DNA from: the human T2T-CHM13v2.0 reference genome, Homo sapiens | Direction: 5' to 3' (one strand) | DNA: 64,000 bases | Assembly: GCF_009914755.1 (NCBI RefSeq) | Contig: NC_060934.1 | Shown: positions 49,701 to 61,900 of the stretch, piece after piece | Position numbering within the stretch: the first letter of the stretch is position 1 | How the letters are laid out: each line of letters opens with the position of its first letter | Program-made: the position numbers and the translations under genes | The notes under the pieces: model-generated | The model's input: the letters and a program-made list of their open reading frames with translations, nothing else | What the model was told of the DNA's origin: nothing | The model's database searches: none

Positions 49701-52700
49701 GATTCCATTCCATTCGACTCCGTTCCATTTGATTCCATTCCACTAGATTCCACTCCATTCTGTTCCATTGCATTCCATTCTATTCCATTCCTTCGCATTG
49801 CATTCCATTCCATTTGATTACATTCCTTTCGCTTTCAAGGCATTCGAATCAGTTACATTTCTTTCCATTATATTGGAGTCCTTTCTATTGCAGTCCATTG
49901 CATTCCAGTCCATTCAATTCTGTTCCATTCCACTCGATTCCATTCCATACTGTTGCATTCCATTCGATTCCATTCTATGCAAATAAATTCCATTTCACAC
50001 CATTCCTTTAGAGTCCATTCTTTCGGATTCCATTACATTCGAGTCCACTACATTTGGTTCCATTCCATTCCATTCGATGCCATTCCATTCTATTCTATTA
50101 CATTCGATAACATTCCATTCCAGTCCATTCCTTTCCATTCCATTCCATTCCATTGCATTCCATTCGATGCCATTCCTTTCGATTCTATTCCATTCGTCTC
50201 CATTCCATTCAATTCCTTTCCATCCGATTCCATTCCATTCTATTCTATTCCATTCCATTCTTTTACTTTCCATTCGATTACATTTCGTTTGAGTCCAGTC
50301 CACTGCAGTCCATTCCATTCCAATTCCATTCCATTGCAGTCCATTCGAGTCCATTCTATTTCATTCCATTCCATTGGAGATCTTTACATTACACTCCGTT
50401 GCATTCTATTTCTTTCGAATCCATTCAATTCCATTCCATTCGGTTCCTTTCCTTTCGACTCCATTCCATTCCATTCCATTTCATTCCATTCGATTCAAAG
50501 ACGTTCGATTCCATTTTGTTCCAGTCCATTCCATTGGAATCCATTCCATTCCATTATGTTCCATTCGATTCCAAATCATTCGATTCCATTTTGTTGCAGT
50601 CCATTCCATTCGAGTGCATTCCATTCCAGTTCACTAAATTCGATTCCAGTCCATTTGAGTCCATTCTATTCCATTCCATTACATTGGATATGTTTACTTT
50701 ACACTCCCTTTCATTCTATTCCTTTTGATTGCATTCAATTACATTAATTCCCTTCCATTCCATTTGAGTCCATTCCATTCGAGTCCATTTTATTCCATTC
50801 CATTCCATGCCGTTTGATTCCAATAGGTTCGCTTCCATTTTGTTCCAGTCCATTCCATTCGAGCCCATTGCATTCGATTCCATTCCATTCGATTCCATTG
50901 CATTCGATTCTATTCCACTCGATTCCACTCTGTTCTATTCCTTTACATTCCATTCTATTCCATTCCATTGCATTCCATTCCATTCCATTTGAATATTTTC
51001 CATTCGATACCATTCCATTCAAATCAATTCCATTCCATTCCATCACATTCATGTCTGTTCTATTCCGGTCCATTCCATTCAGGTCTATTCCATTCAATGC
51101 AATTCCATTCCATTCCGTTCCATACTATTGAATTCCATTCGATTCCATTCTATTTGAATAAATTCCATTCGAGACAATTACTTTCGAGTCCATTCTATTT
51201 GTCCATTCAATTTGAGTCCATTACATTTGGGTACATTCCTTTCCACTCCATTTCATTACATTCCGTGCCATTCGATGCCATTCCATTCCATTCTATTCCA
51301 TTCGACTCCATTCCATTCGAGTCAATTCCTGTCCTTTCCATTCCATTCGATGTCATTCCATTAGATTCTATTTAATTCGTCTCCATTATATTCCATTCCA
51401 ATCTTTCCGATTCCATTCCATTCCATTAGTTGCAATTCCATTCCATTCCATTTCATTCCATTCGATGCCATTCCATTCAATTGTATTCCATTCGACTCCA
51501 TTCCATTCCATTCATTTCCATCCGATTCCTTTCCATTCCATTCCATATCATTCCATTCCATGCCATGCCATTGCTTTCGATTTTATTCCAGTCGACTCCA
51601 TTCCATTCTGTTCAGTTCCATCTGATTCCATTCCATTCTGTTCCTTTCCAATCCATTCCATTCCGTTTCATTCCATTGCATTCCATTCTTTTCCATTTCA
51701 TTCGAGTCCATTACACCCCAGTGCATTCCAATCGAATCCATTCCATTCCAGTCCATTCATTTGGAGATCATTCCATTCCATTCAATATCTTTCCATTACG
51801 CTCCTTTCCATTCTATTCCTTTCGATTCAATTCAATTCCATTCCATTCAATTCAATTCCATTAGATTCCATTACATTCGATTCTATTCCATTCTATTCTA
51901 TTCCACTCTATTACACTCCATTCCATTCTATTGCATTCCATTCTATTCCATTCAATTGCATTTCATTCATTTCGATTTGATTACATTCCATTCGATTGCA
52001 TTCAATTCGAATCAATTACATTGCAATCCTTTACATTCGAGTATGTTCTATACCAGTGCATTGCAGTCTGGTCCATTCCATTCGATTCCATTCCATTCGA
52101 TTCCATTGCATACTATTGCATTCCATTCCATACTATTGCATTCCATTCCATTCCATTCTATTCGAGTAAATTCCATTCAAGACCATTCTTTTGGAGTCCA
52201 TTTTATTTGATTCTATTCCATTCGAGTCCATTACATTTGACTTCATTCCATTCCATTCCATTCCATTCCGTTTGATTCCATCTGTTCGATTCCATTTTTT
52301 TCCATTCCAATCCATTTGATTCTATTCAATTCCAGTCCATTCCATTCGATTCCATTCCATTGACTTCCATTCTATTCCGCTCCATTTCATTCCATTCCTT
52401 ACCATTCCGTTGCATTCCATTCCATTCCGTTCCATTCCATTTGATTACATTCCATTCAATTCCAAGGCACTCAAATCAATTACTTTTCATTCGATTACAT
52501 TTTACTCCGTTCTATTCCAGTCCATTCCATTCCAGTCCACTCCATTCGATTCTATTCCATTCAATTCCTTTAGAAACTATGGCATTCCTTTCGATTAAAT
52601 TGTGTTCGAATATATTCCATTCGAGACCATTCCTTTCGAGTCCATTCTATGTGAGTCCATTCCATTCAAGTTCATTACATTTGGGACCATTCCATTCCAT

Positions 52701-55059
52701 TCCTTTCCATTCCTTTCCATTCCATTCGATGCCTTTCCATTTGATTCCATTTCATTAAGACCATTCCATTCGAATCCATTCAATTCCTTTCCATTCAATT
52801 CCATTCTTGGCCATTCCATTCGATCTGTTCTATTCGAATCCATTCCATTCCATTACAGTCCATCTGATTCCATTACATTCCATTCAATTCCTTTCCATTC
52901 CAATCCGTTCTATTCGTTTCAATTCCCTTCGATTCCATTCCACTCCAGTCCATTCCATTCGAAGCTATTCCATTTGAGTCCATTCCATTCCGTTCCATTC
53001 CATTTGATATCTTTCCATTACAGTCTGTTCCTTTCTATTCCTTTCACTTCCAATCCATTCAATTCCATTCCATTTGGTTCCATTCCAGTCGACTCCATTC
53101 CATGCGAGTCCATTCCTTTCCATTCCATTCCATTTCATTCCTTTCCTTTCGACTCCAATCCGTTCGATTCCATTTTGTTCCAGTCCATTCCATTCGAGAC
53201 CATTCCAAACCAGACCACTCCATTCAATTCCATTCCGTTCAATTCCTTTCAAATCGATTCCATTTCACTCAATTCCACTGCGTTCCATTCCATTGCATTC
53301 CATTATATTCCATTCCATTGCGTGCCATTCAATTCCATTTCATTACATTCCATTCGATTCCGCTCCTTTCAAATCAATTGCATTGCAATCCATTACATTC
53401 AAGTCCGTTCTATTCCAGTCCATTCCACTCCAGTCCATTCCATTTGATTTCATTCCATTCGATTACTTTTCATACTATGGCATTCCATTCGATTCCATTC
53501 TATTTGAATAAACGCCATTGGGGACCATTCCTTTCGAATCCATTCTATTTGAGTACATTCCATTTGAGTCCATTACGTTTGGGTCCATTCCATTCCATTC
53601 CATTCCATTCCATTCCAATATATTCCATTCCATTTGTTGCTAGTCCGTTCGATTCTATTCCATTCGACACCATTCCATTCCTTTCCATTCCATCTGATTC
53701 CATTCCATTCTATTCCTTTAAATTCCATTCCATTCCATTCCACTCGACACCATTCCATTCGAGTCCATTCCATTCCATTCCATTCCACTCCATTCTGTTC
53801 CGTTCGACTCCAATCCATTCAATTCCATTTTGTTCCAGTTCATTCCATTCGATTCCATTCCATTCCAGTCCATTCCATTCAATTCCATTCCATTTGACTC
53901 CATTTCACTCGATTCCACTCCATTTCTTTCCACTTCATTCCATTCTATTCCATTCCTTTGCACTCCATTCCATTCCATTTGATTATATTTCATTTGATTC
54001 TATTACATTCAAATCAATTACATTGCAATCCATTACATCCGAGTCCTTGTTATTCCAGTCCATTCGATTCAGATCCATTCCATTCTATTCTATTCCATTC
54101 GATTTCATTTCATACTATGGCATTCCATTCGATTCCATTCGAATAAATTCCATTCGAGACCATTCCCTTCAAGTCCATTATATTTGAGTACACTCCATTC
54201 TAGTCCATTACATTTGTGTCCATTCCATTCAATTCCATTCCATTCCTTTCGATGCCATTCAATTCAATTCTATTCCACTCAAGTCCGTTCCATTTTACTC
54301 CATTCCATTCCATTCAATTGCATCCGATTCTATTCCATTCTATTCCTTTCCATTCCATTCCTTTCCATTCCATTTGAGTCCATTCCACTCCAGTCGATTC
54401 CATTTGAGTCCTTTCCCTTCCAGTCCATTCCATTAGAGTCCATTCCATTTAATTCCATTCCATTCGATATCTTTCCATTACAATCCATTCCCTTTTATTC
54501 CTTTCAATTCAATTCAATTCAATTCAATTCAATTCAATTCAATTCAATTCTATTCGATTCCAGTCCATTCCATTCCGTTGCATTCAATTACAATCCGTTC
54601 GATTCCATTTTGTTCCAGTCCATTCCCTTTGAGTACATTCCATTCCAGTTCATTCCATTCGATATCATTCCTTTCGATTCCCATCCATTCGATTCCATTC
54701 CGTTGGAGTCAATGCCATTCCATTGCATTCAATTCTATTCAATGCATTTCCATTCGATTCTATTCCATTCGACACCATTCCTTTTCTTTCCCATGCCATC
54801 TGATTCAATTCCATTCTATTCCTTTCCATTCCATTCCATTCGTTTCCATGCCATTCGAGTCCATTCCTATCCAGCCAATTCCATTCGAGTCCATTCCATT
54901 CTATTCCATTCCTTTCAGTATCTTCCATTACACTCCATTCCATTCTATTCCTTTTGATTCCATTCAATTCCATTCAATTTGATGCCAATCCATTCGATTA
55001 CATTACATTCAACTCCATTCCATTCGTGACCATTCCATGTCATTCCATTCCATGCTGTT

Positions 55060-58000
55060 CCATTTGATTCCAATCTGATTGATTCCATTATGTTCCAGTC
55101 CACTCCATTCTAGTCCATTGCATTCCAGTCCATTCCAATTGATTCCATTGCATTCGATTCCTTTCCACTCGATTCCACTACATTCCATTCCATTGCATTC
55201 CATTCAATTCCATTCCATTGCTTTCCGTTCCATTGCATTTGATTATATTCCATTCAATTCCATTGCTTTCGAATCAATGACATTGCAGTCCATTCCATTC
55301 GAGTTCGTTCTATTCCAGTCCATTCCATTCTGGGCCATTCCATTCGATTCCATTTCTTTTAATTCCATTCCCTACTATTGCGTTTAATTCGATTCCATTC
55401 TATTTGAATAAATTCCTTTCGATACCATTCCTTTCGAGTCCATTCTATTTTAGTCCATTCCATTTGATTCTTTTACATTTGGGTCCATTCCATTCCATTC
55501 CAATCCATTCCATTCCATTCTATTTCTTGCCATTCCATTCGATGCTGTTCCATTCAAGTCCATTCCATTTCATTCCATTCCATTCAATTTCATTGCTTTC
55601 TATTTGATGCCATTCCATTGGATTCTATTCCATTCCCCTCCATTCCAATCCATTCTGTTCCATCCGTTTCCTTTCCATTATATTGCTTTCCATTCCATTC
55701 CTTTCCATTCCATTCGAGTCCATTTCACTCTAGTCCATTCCATTCGTGTCCATTCCATTCAAGTCCAATCCTTTCGAGTCCATTCCATTCCATTCGTTAT
55801 CATTCCATTACACTCCATTTCACTCTATTCCTTTTGATTCCATTCAATTCCATTCCATTCTATTCCATTCCATTCCTATCCATTCCATTCTACTTCATCC
55901 CTTTTGAGTCCATTCCTTTCTACTCCATTCCATTTGAGTCCATTCCATTCCATTCCACTCCTTTCAATTCCGAGCTGTTTGATTCCATTGTGTTCCAGTC
56001 CATTCCATTTGAGTCCATTCCATTCTAGTCCATTCCAATCGATTCCATTCAATTTGATTCCATTGCATTCGATTCCACTCCACTCGATTCCACTATGTTC
56101 CATTCCATTGCATTCCATTCTATTCCATTCCATTGCATTCCATTCCATTCTATTGCATTTGATTATATTCCATTCGATTCCATTGCTTTCGAGTCAATGA
56201 CATTGCAGTCGATTCCATTCGAGTTCGTTCTATTCCAGTCCATTCCATTCTGGGCCTTTCCATTCAATTCCATTCCTTTCGATTCCATTCCCTACTATTG
56301 CATTTAATTAGATTTCATTCTAGTCGAATACATTCCTTTTGACACCATTCCTTTCGAGTCCATTCTATTTTAGTCCATTCCATTTGATTCCATTCCATTT
56401 GGTTCCATTCCATTCCATTCCATTCCATTCCATTCCATTCTATTCCTTACCATTCCATTTGATTCTGTTCCATTCGAGTCCATTCCATCCAGTCCATTTC
56501 ATTCCATTCCATTCAATTTCATTGCATTCTATTTGATGCCATTCCATTGGTTTCTATTCCATTCCACTGCATTCCATTCCATTCTGTTCCATCCGTTTCC
56601 ATTCCATTATATTCCTTTTCATTCCATTCCTTTCCATTCCATTCGAGTCCATTTCACTCCAGTCCATTCCATTCGTGTCCATTCCATTCAAGTCCAATCC
56701 TTTTGAGTCCATTCCATTCGTTATCTTTCCATTACACTCCAACTCACTCTATTCCTTTTGATTCCACTCAATTCCATTCCATTCGATTCGATTCCATTCC
56801 TATCCATTCCATTCTACTTCATCCTTTTTGAGTCCATTCCTTTCTACTCCATTCCTTTTGAGTCCATTCCATTCCATTCAATTCCGCTCCTTTTGATTCT
56901 GATCGTTCGATTCCATTGTGTTCCAGTACATTCCATTCGAGTCTATTCCATTCCAGTCCATTCCAATCGATTCCATCCAATTTGATTCCATTGCATTCGA
57001 TTCCATTCCACTCGATTCCACTACGTTCCATTCCATTGCATTCCATTCAATTCCATTCCATTGCATTCCATTCCATTGCATTTGATTATATTCCATTCGA
57101 TTCCATTGCTTTCGAGTCAATGACATTGCAGTCCATTCCATTCGAGACCGTTCTATTCCTGTCCATTCCATTCTGGGCCTTTCCATTCGATTCCATTCGT
57201 TTCGATTCCATTCCCTACTATTGCATTTAATTAGATTTCATTCTAGTCGAATACATTCCTTTTGATACCATTCCTTTCGAGTCCATTCTATTTTAGTCCA
57301 TTCCATTTGATTCCATTACATTTGGTTCCATTCCATTCCATTCCATTCCATTCCATTCCATTCCATTCTATTCCTTACCATTCCATTTGATTCTGTTCCA
57401 TTCGAGTCCATTCCATCCATTCCATTTCATTCCATTCCATTCAATTTCATTGCTTTCTATTTGATGCCATTCCATTGGATTCTATTCCATTCCACTCCAT
57501 TCCATTCCATTCTGTTCCATCCGTTTCCATTCCATTATATTCCTTTCCATTCCATTCGAGTCCATTTCACTCCAGTTCATTCCATTCGTGTCCATTCCAT
57601 TCAAGTCCAATCCTTTTGAGTCCATTCCATTCCATTCCATTCGTTATCTTTCCATTACACTCCAATTCACTCTATTCCTTTTGATTCCACTCAATTCCAT
57701 TCCATTCGATTCGATTCCATTCCTATCCATTCCATTCTACTTCATCCTTTTTGAGTCCATTCCTTTCTACTCCATTCCTTTTGAGTCCATTCCATTCCAT
57801 TCAATTCCGCTCCTTTTGATTCTGATCCGTTCGATTCCATTGTGTTCCAGTACATTCCATTCGAGTCTATTCCATTCCAGTCCATTCCAATCGATTCCAT
57901 TCAATTTGATTCCATTGCATTCGATTCCATTCCACTCAATTCCACTACGTTCCATTCCATTGCATTCCATTCAATTCCATTCCATTGCATTCCATTCCAT

Positions 58001-58930
58001 TGCATTTGATTATATTGCATTTGATTCCATTGCTTTTGAATCAATGACATTGCAGTCCATTCCATTCGAGACCATTCTATTCCTGCCCATTCCATTCTGG
58101 GCCATTCCATTCGATTCCATTCCCTACTATTGCATTTAATTCGATTCCTTTCTATTCGAATAAATTCCTTTCGATACCCTTCCTTTCGAGTCCATTCTAT
58201 TTTAGGTCATTCCATTTGATTCCATTACATTTGGTTCCATTCCATTCCATTCCACTCCATTGCATTCCATTCTATTCCTTGCCATTCCATTCGATTCTGT
58301 TCCATTCGAGTCCATTCCATTCCAGTCCATTTCATTCCATTCCATTCCATTGCATTCCATTCCATTCCATTGCTTTCTATTCGATGCAATTCCATTGGAT
58401 TCTATTCCATTCCACTCCATTCTATTCCATTCTGTTCCATCCGTTTCCATTCCATTATATTCCTGTCCATTCCATTCCTTTCCTTTCCATTCGAGTCCCT
58501 TTCACTCCAGTCCATTCCATTCATGTCCATTCCATTCCAGTCCAATCCTTTTGAGTCCATTCCATTCCATTCCATCCATTATCTTTCCATTAAACTCCAT
58601 TTCATTCTATTCTTTTTGATTCCATTCAATTCCATTCCATTCGATTCCATTCCATTCGGATCCATTCCATTCTACTTCATCCCTTTCAAGTCCATTCCTT
58701 TCTACTCCATTCCATTTAAGTCCATTCCCTTCCATTGCATTCAATTCCGCTCCTTTCGATTCCGATCCGTTCAATTCCATTGTGTTCCAGTCCATTCCAT
58801 TTGAGTCCTTTCCATTCCAGTCCATTCCATTTGATTCCTTTCCATCTGGTTCCATTCCATTTGATACCATTCCACTCGATTCCACTCAGTTCCATTCCAT
58901 TGCATTCCATTCTATTCCATTCCACTGCAT
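55060..58930 (+). repeat. Four closely related ~922-bp HSat3 units in tandem
   Basis: Private markers ga(a/g)tcaatgacattgcagtc at 55271, 56191, 57114 and 58038, and tgggcc at 55331, 56251, 57174 and 58098. Confidence 0.88.
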
Positions 58931-61900
58931 TCCATTCCATTACATTTGATTCCAATCCATTCAATTCAATTCCGTTTTAAATTATTACTTTGCAATCCAT
59001 TACATACGAGTCTGCTCTATTCCAATCCATTCCATTCTGTTCCATTCCGTTCGATTCCATTCCATTCTATTCCATTCAATACTCCTGCACTCCATTCGAT
59101 TCAATTCTATTCGAATGAATTCCATTCAAACCCGTTCCATTTATTAAATTCCATTTGAGTCCATTACATTTGGGTCCATTCGATGAAATGCCATTCCATT
59201 CCATTCAATTCAATGCCATTCCATTCGACTGTATTCCATGAGAATCCATTCCATTCGAGTCCATTCCATTCCATTACATTTCATTCTATTCCATTTGATG
59301 CCATTCCATTCGATTGTATTCCATTCGACACCATACCATTCGATTCTATTCCATTGGACTCCATTACTTTCCATTCCATTCCATCCGATTCCACTCCATT
59401 ATATTCCTTTCCACTCCATTTCATTCCTTTCCATTCCATTTGAGTCCATTCTACTCCAGTCCATTCCATTTGAGTCCATTCCACTCCAGTCAATTCCATT
59501 CGAGTCCATTCCTTTCCATTCCCATCCATTCGAGTCCATTCCATTCCCTTCCATTCCATTCGATATCTTTCCATTACACTCCAATCCATTCAATTCCATT
59601 CCGTTCGTTTCCATTCCACCTGATTCCACTTCGTTCCATTCCGTTGCATTCCATTCTGTTACATTCCATTGCATTCCATTCAATTCCATTTTATTACATT
59701 TCATTCGATTCCATTCCATTCGAATCAATTCCATGGCAATCTATTACATTCGCGTCCATTCTTTTCCAGTCCATTGCATTCCATTCCTTTCTATTCCATT
59801 TGATTACATTCCATTCGATTCCATTCCATTAGAATCATCCATCACAATCCATTACACTCGAGTTCTTTCTATTCCAGTCCATTCCATTTCTGTCCATTCC
59901 ATTCCATTCCATTCCATACTTTTGCTTTCCATTCGATTTTATTCTATTCAAATAAATTCCTTTCTAGACCATTCCTTTTGAGTCCATTCTATTTGAGTCA
60001 ATTCCATTCCAGTCCATTACATTTGGGTCCATTCCATTCCCTTATATTTCATTCCACTCCATTCGATTGGATGCCATTCCATTCTACTCAATTCCATTTG
60101 TGTCCATTCCATTCAAGTCCATTCGAATCCATTCCCTTCCATTCGATGCCATTCCATTCGATTCTATTCCATTGCATTCCATTCCGTTCCATCTGATTCC
60201 ATTCCAGTCTATTCCATTCCATTCCATTCCATTCCATTCCATTTCACTCGTTTCCATTCCATTCGAGTCCATTGCACTCCAGTCCAATCCGTGCTACTCC
60301 AATCCATTCCAGTCCATTCCATTGCATTCCATTCCATTCCTTTCCATTCCATTGAATATCTTTCCAATATATTCCATTCCATTCTAATCTTTTCGATCCC
60401 ATTCAATTCCATTACATTCGGTTCCATTTCTTTCGACTCCATTCCATCCGAGTCCATTGCATTCCCTTCCATTCCATTCCAGTTTTGTTCCATTCCAATC
60501 CGATTGATTCCATTTTATGCCAGTCCACTCCATTCGAGTACATTCCATTCGAGTACATTCCATTCGATTCCATTCCATTCGATTCCTTTCCACTCGATTC
60601 CAGTACGTTCCATTCCATTGCATTCCATTCTATTCCATTCCATTGCATTCCATTCCATTCCATTTGATTACATTCCATTCGATTCCATTCCACTTGATTC
60701 CATTCCATACTATTGCATTCCTTTTGATTTCATTCTATACAAATAAATTAAATTCGAGACCATTCCATTTGAGTCCATTGTGTTTGAGTCCATACCATTT
60801 GAATCCATTACATTTGGGTCCATTCCATTCAATGCCATTCCATTCTATTCTATTCCATTCGAGTCCATTCCATTCGAGTCCAATCCATTCCATTCAATTC
60901 CATTGAATTCCATTCCATTCCATTCAATTCCATTGAATTCCATTCCATTCCATTTTTTGCCATTCCATTCGATTCAATTCCATTCTAAAACATTCCATTC
61001 CTTTCCGTTCCATCCTATTTCATTCCATTCTATTCCATTCCATTCCATTCGTTTCCATTCCTTTCGAGTCCATTCCTCTCCAGTCGATTCCATTCGAGTC
61101 CATTCTACTCTAGTCCATTCCATTCAAGTACATTCCATTCCAACCCATTCCATTCGAGTCCATTCTATTCCAGTCCAATCCATTTGATATCTTTCCATTA
61201 CACTCCATTCCATTCTATTCCTTTCTATTCTATTCAATTCCATTACACTCGGTTCCATTCCATTCGATTCCATTCCATTTGATTCCATTAATCTCGAGTC
61301 GTTTACATTCCATTCCTTTCTGTGCGATTCCAATATCTTCTATTTCAATTTGTTCTGGTCTATTCCATTCGACTCCATTCCATTCTATTCTGTTCCATTC
61401 CATTTTATTCCATTCGATTCTATTCCACTCGATTCCACTCTATTCCACTCCATTGCATTCCATTCTATTCCATTCCATTTCATTCCATTTCATTCCATTT
61501 CATTCTGTTCCATTCAATTCAATTCCATTCTAATCAATTACATTGAAATCCATTATATTCGAGTCCGATCTAATCCAGTCCATTCCATTCCGGTCCATTT
61601 CATTTGATTCCTTTCCGTTTGATTCCTTTCCATACTATTGCATTCCATTCGATTCCATTCCGTTTGATTCCCTCCCATACTATTGCATTCCATTCGATTA
61701 CATTGTATTCAAATAAATTCCATTCGAGACCATTTCTTCTGAGTTCATTCTATTTGAGTCCATTCCATTTGAGTCCATTACATTTTGTTGCATTCCATTC
61801 CAATCTATTCCATTCCATTCGATGCCATTCCATTCTTTTCTGTTCCATTCGTGTCCATTCTTTACAAGTCCATTCCATTCCTTTCCATTTCATTCATTTC

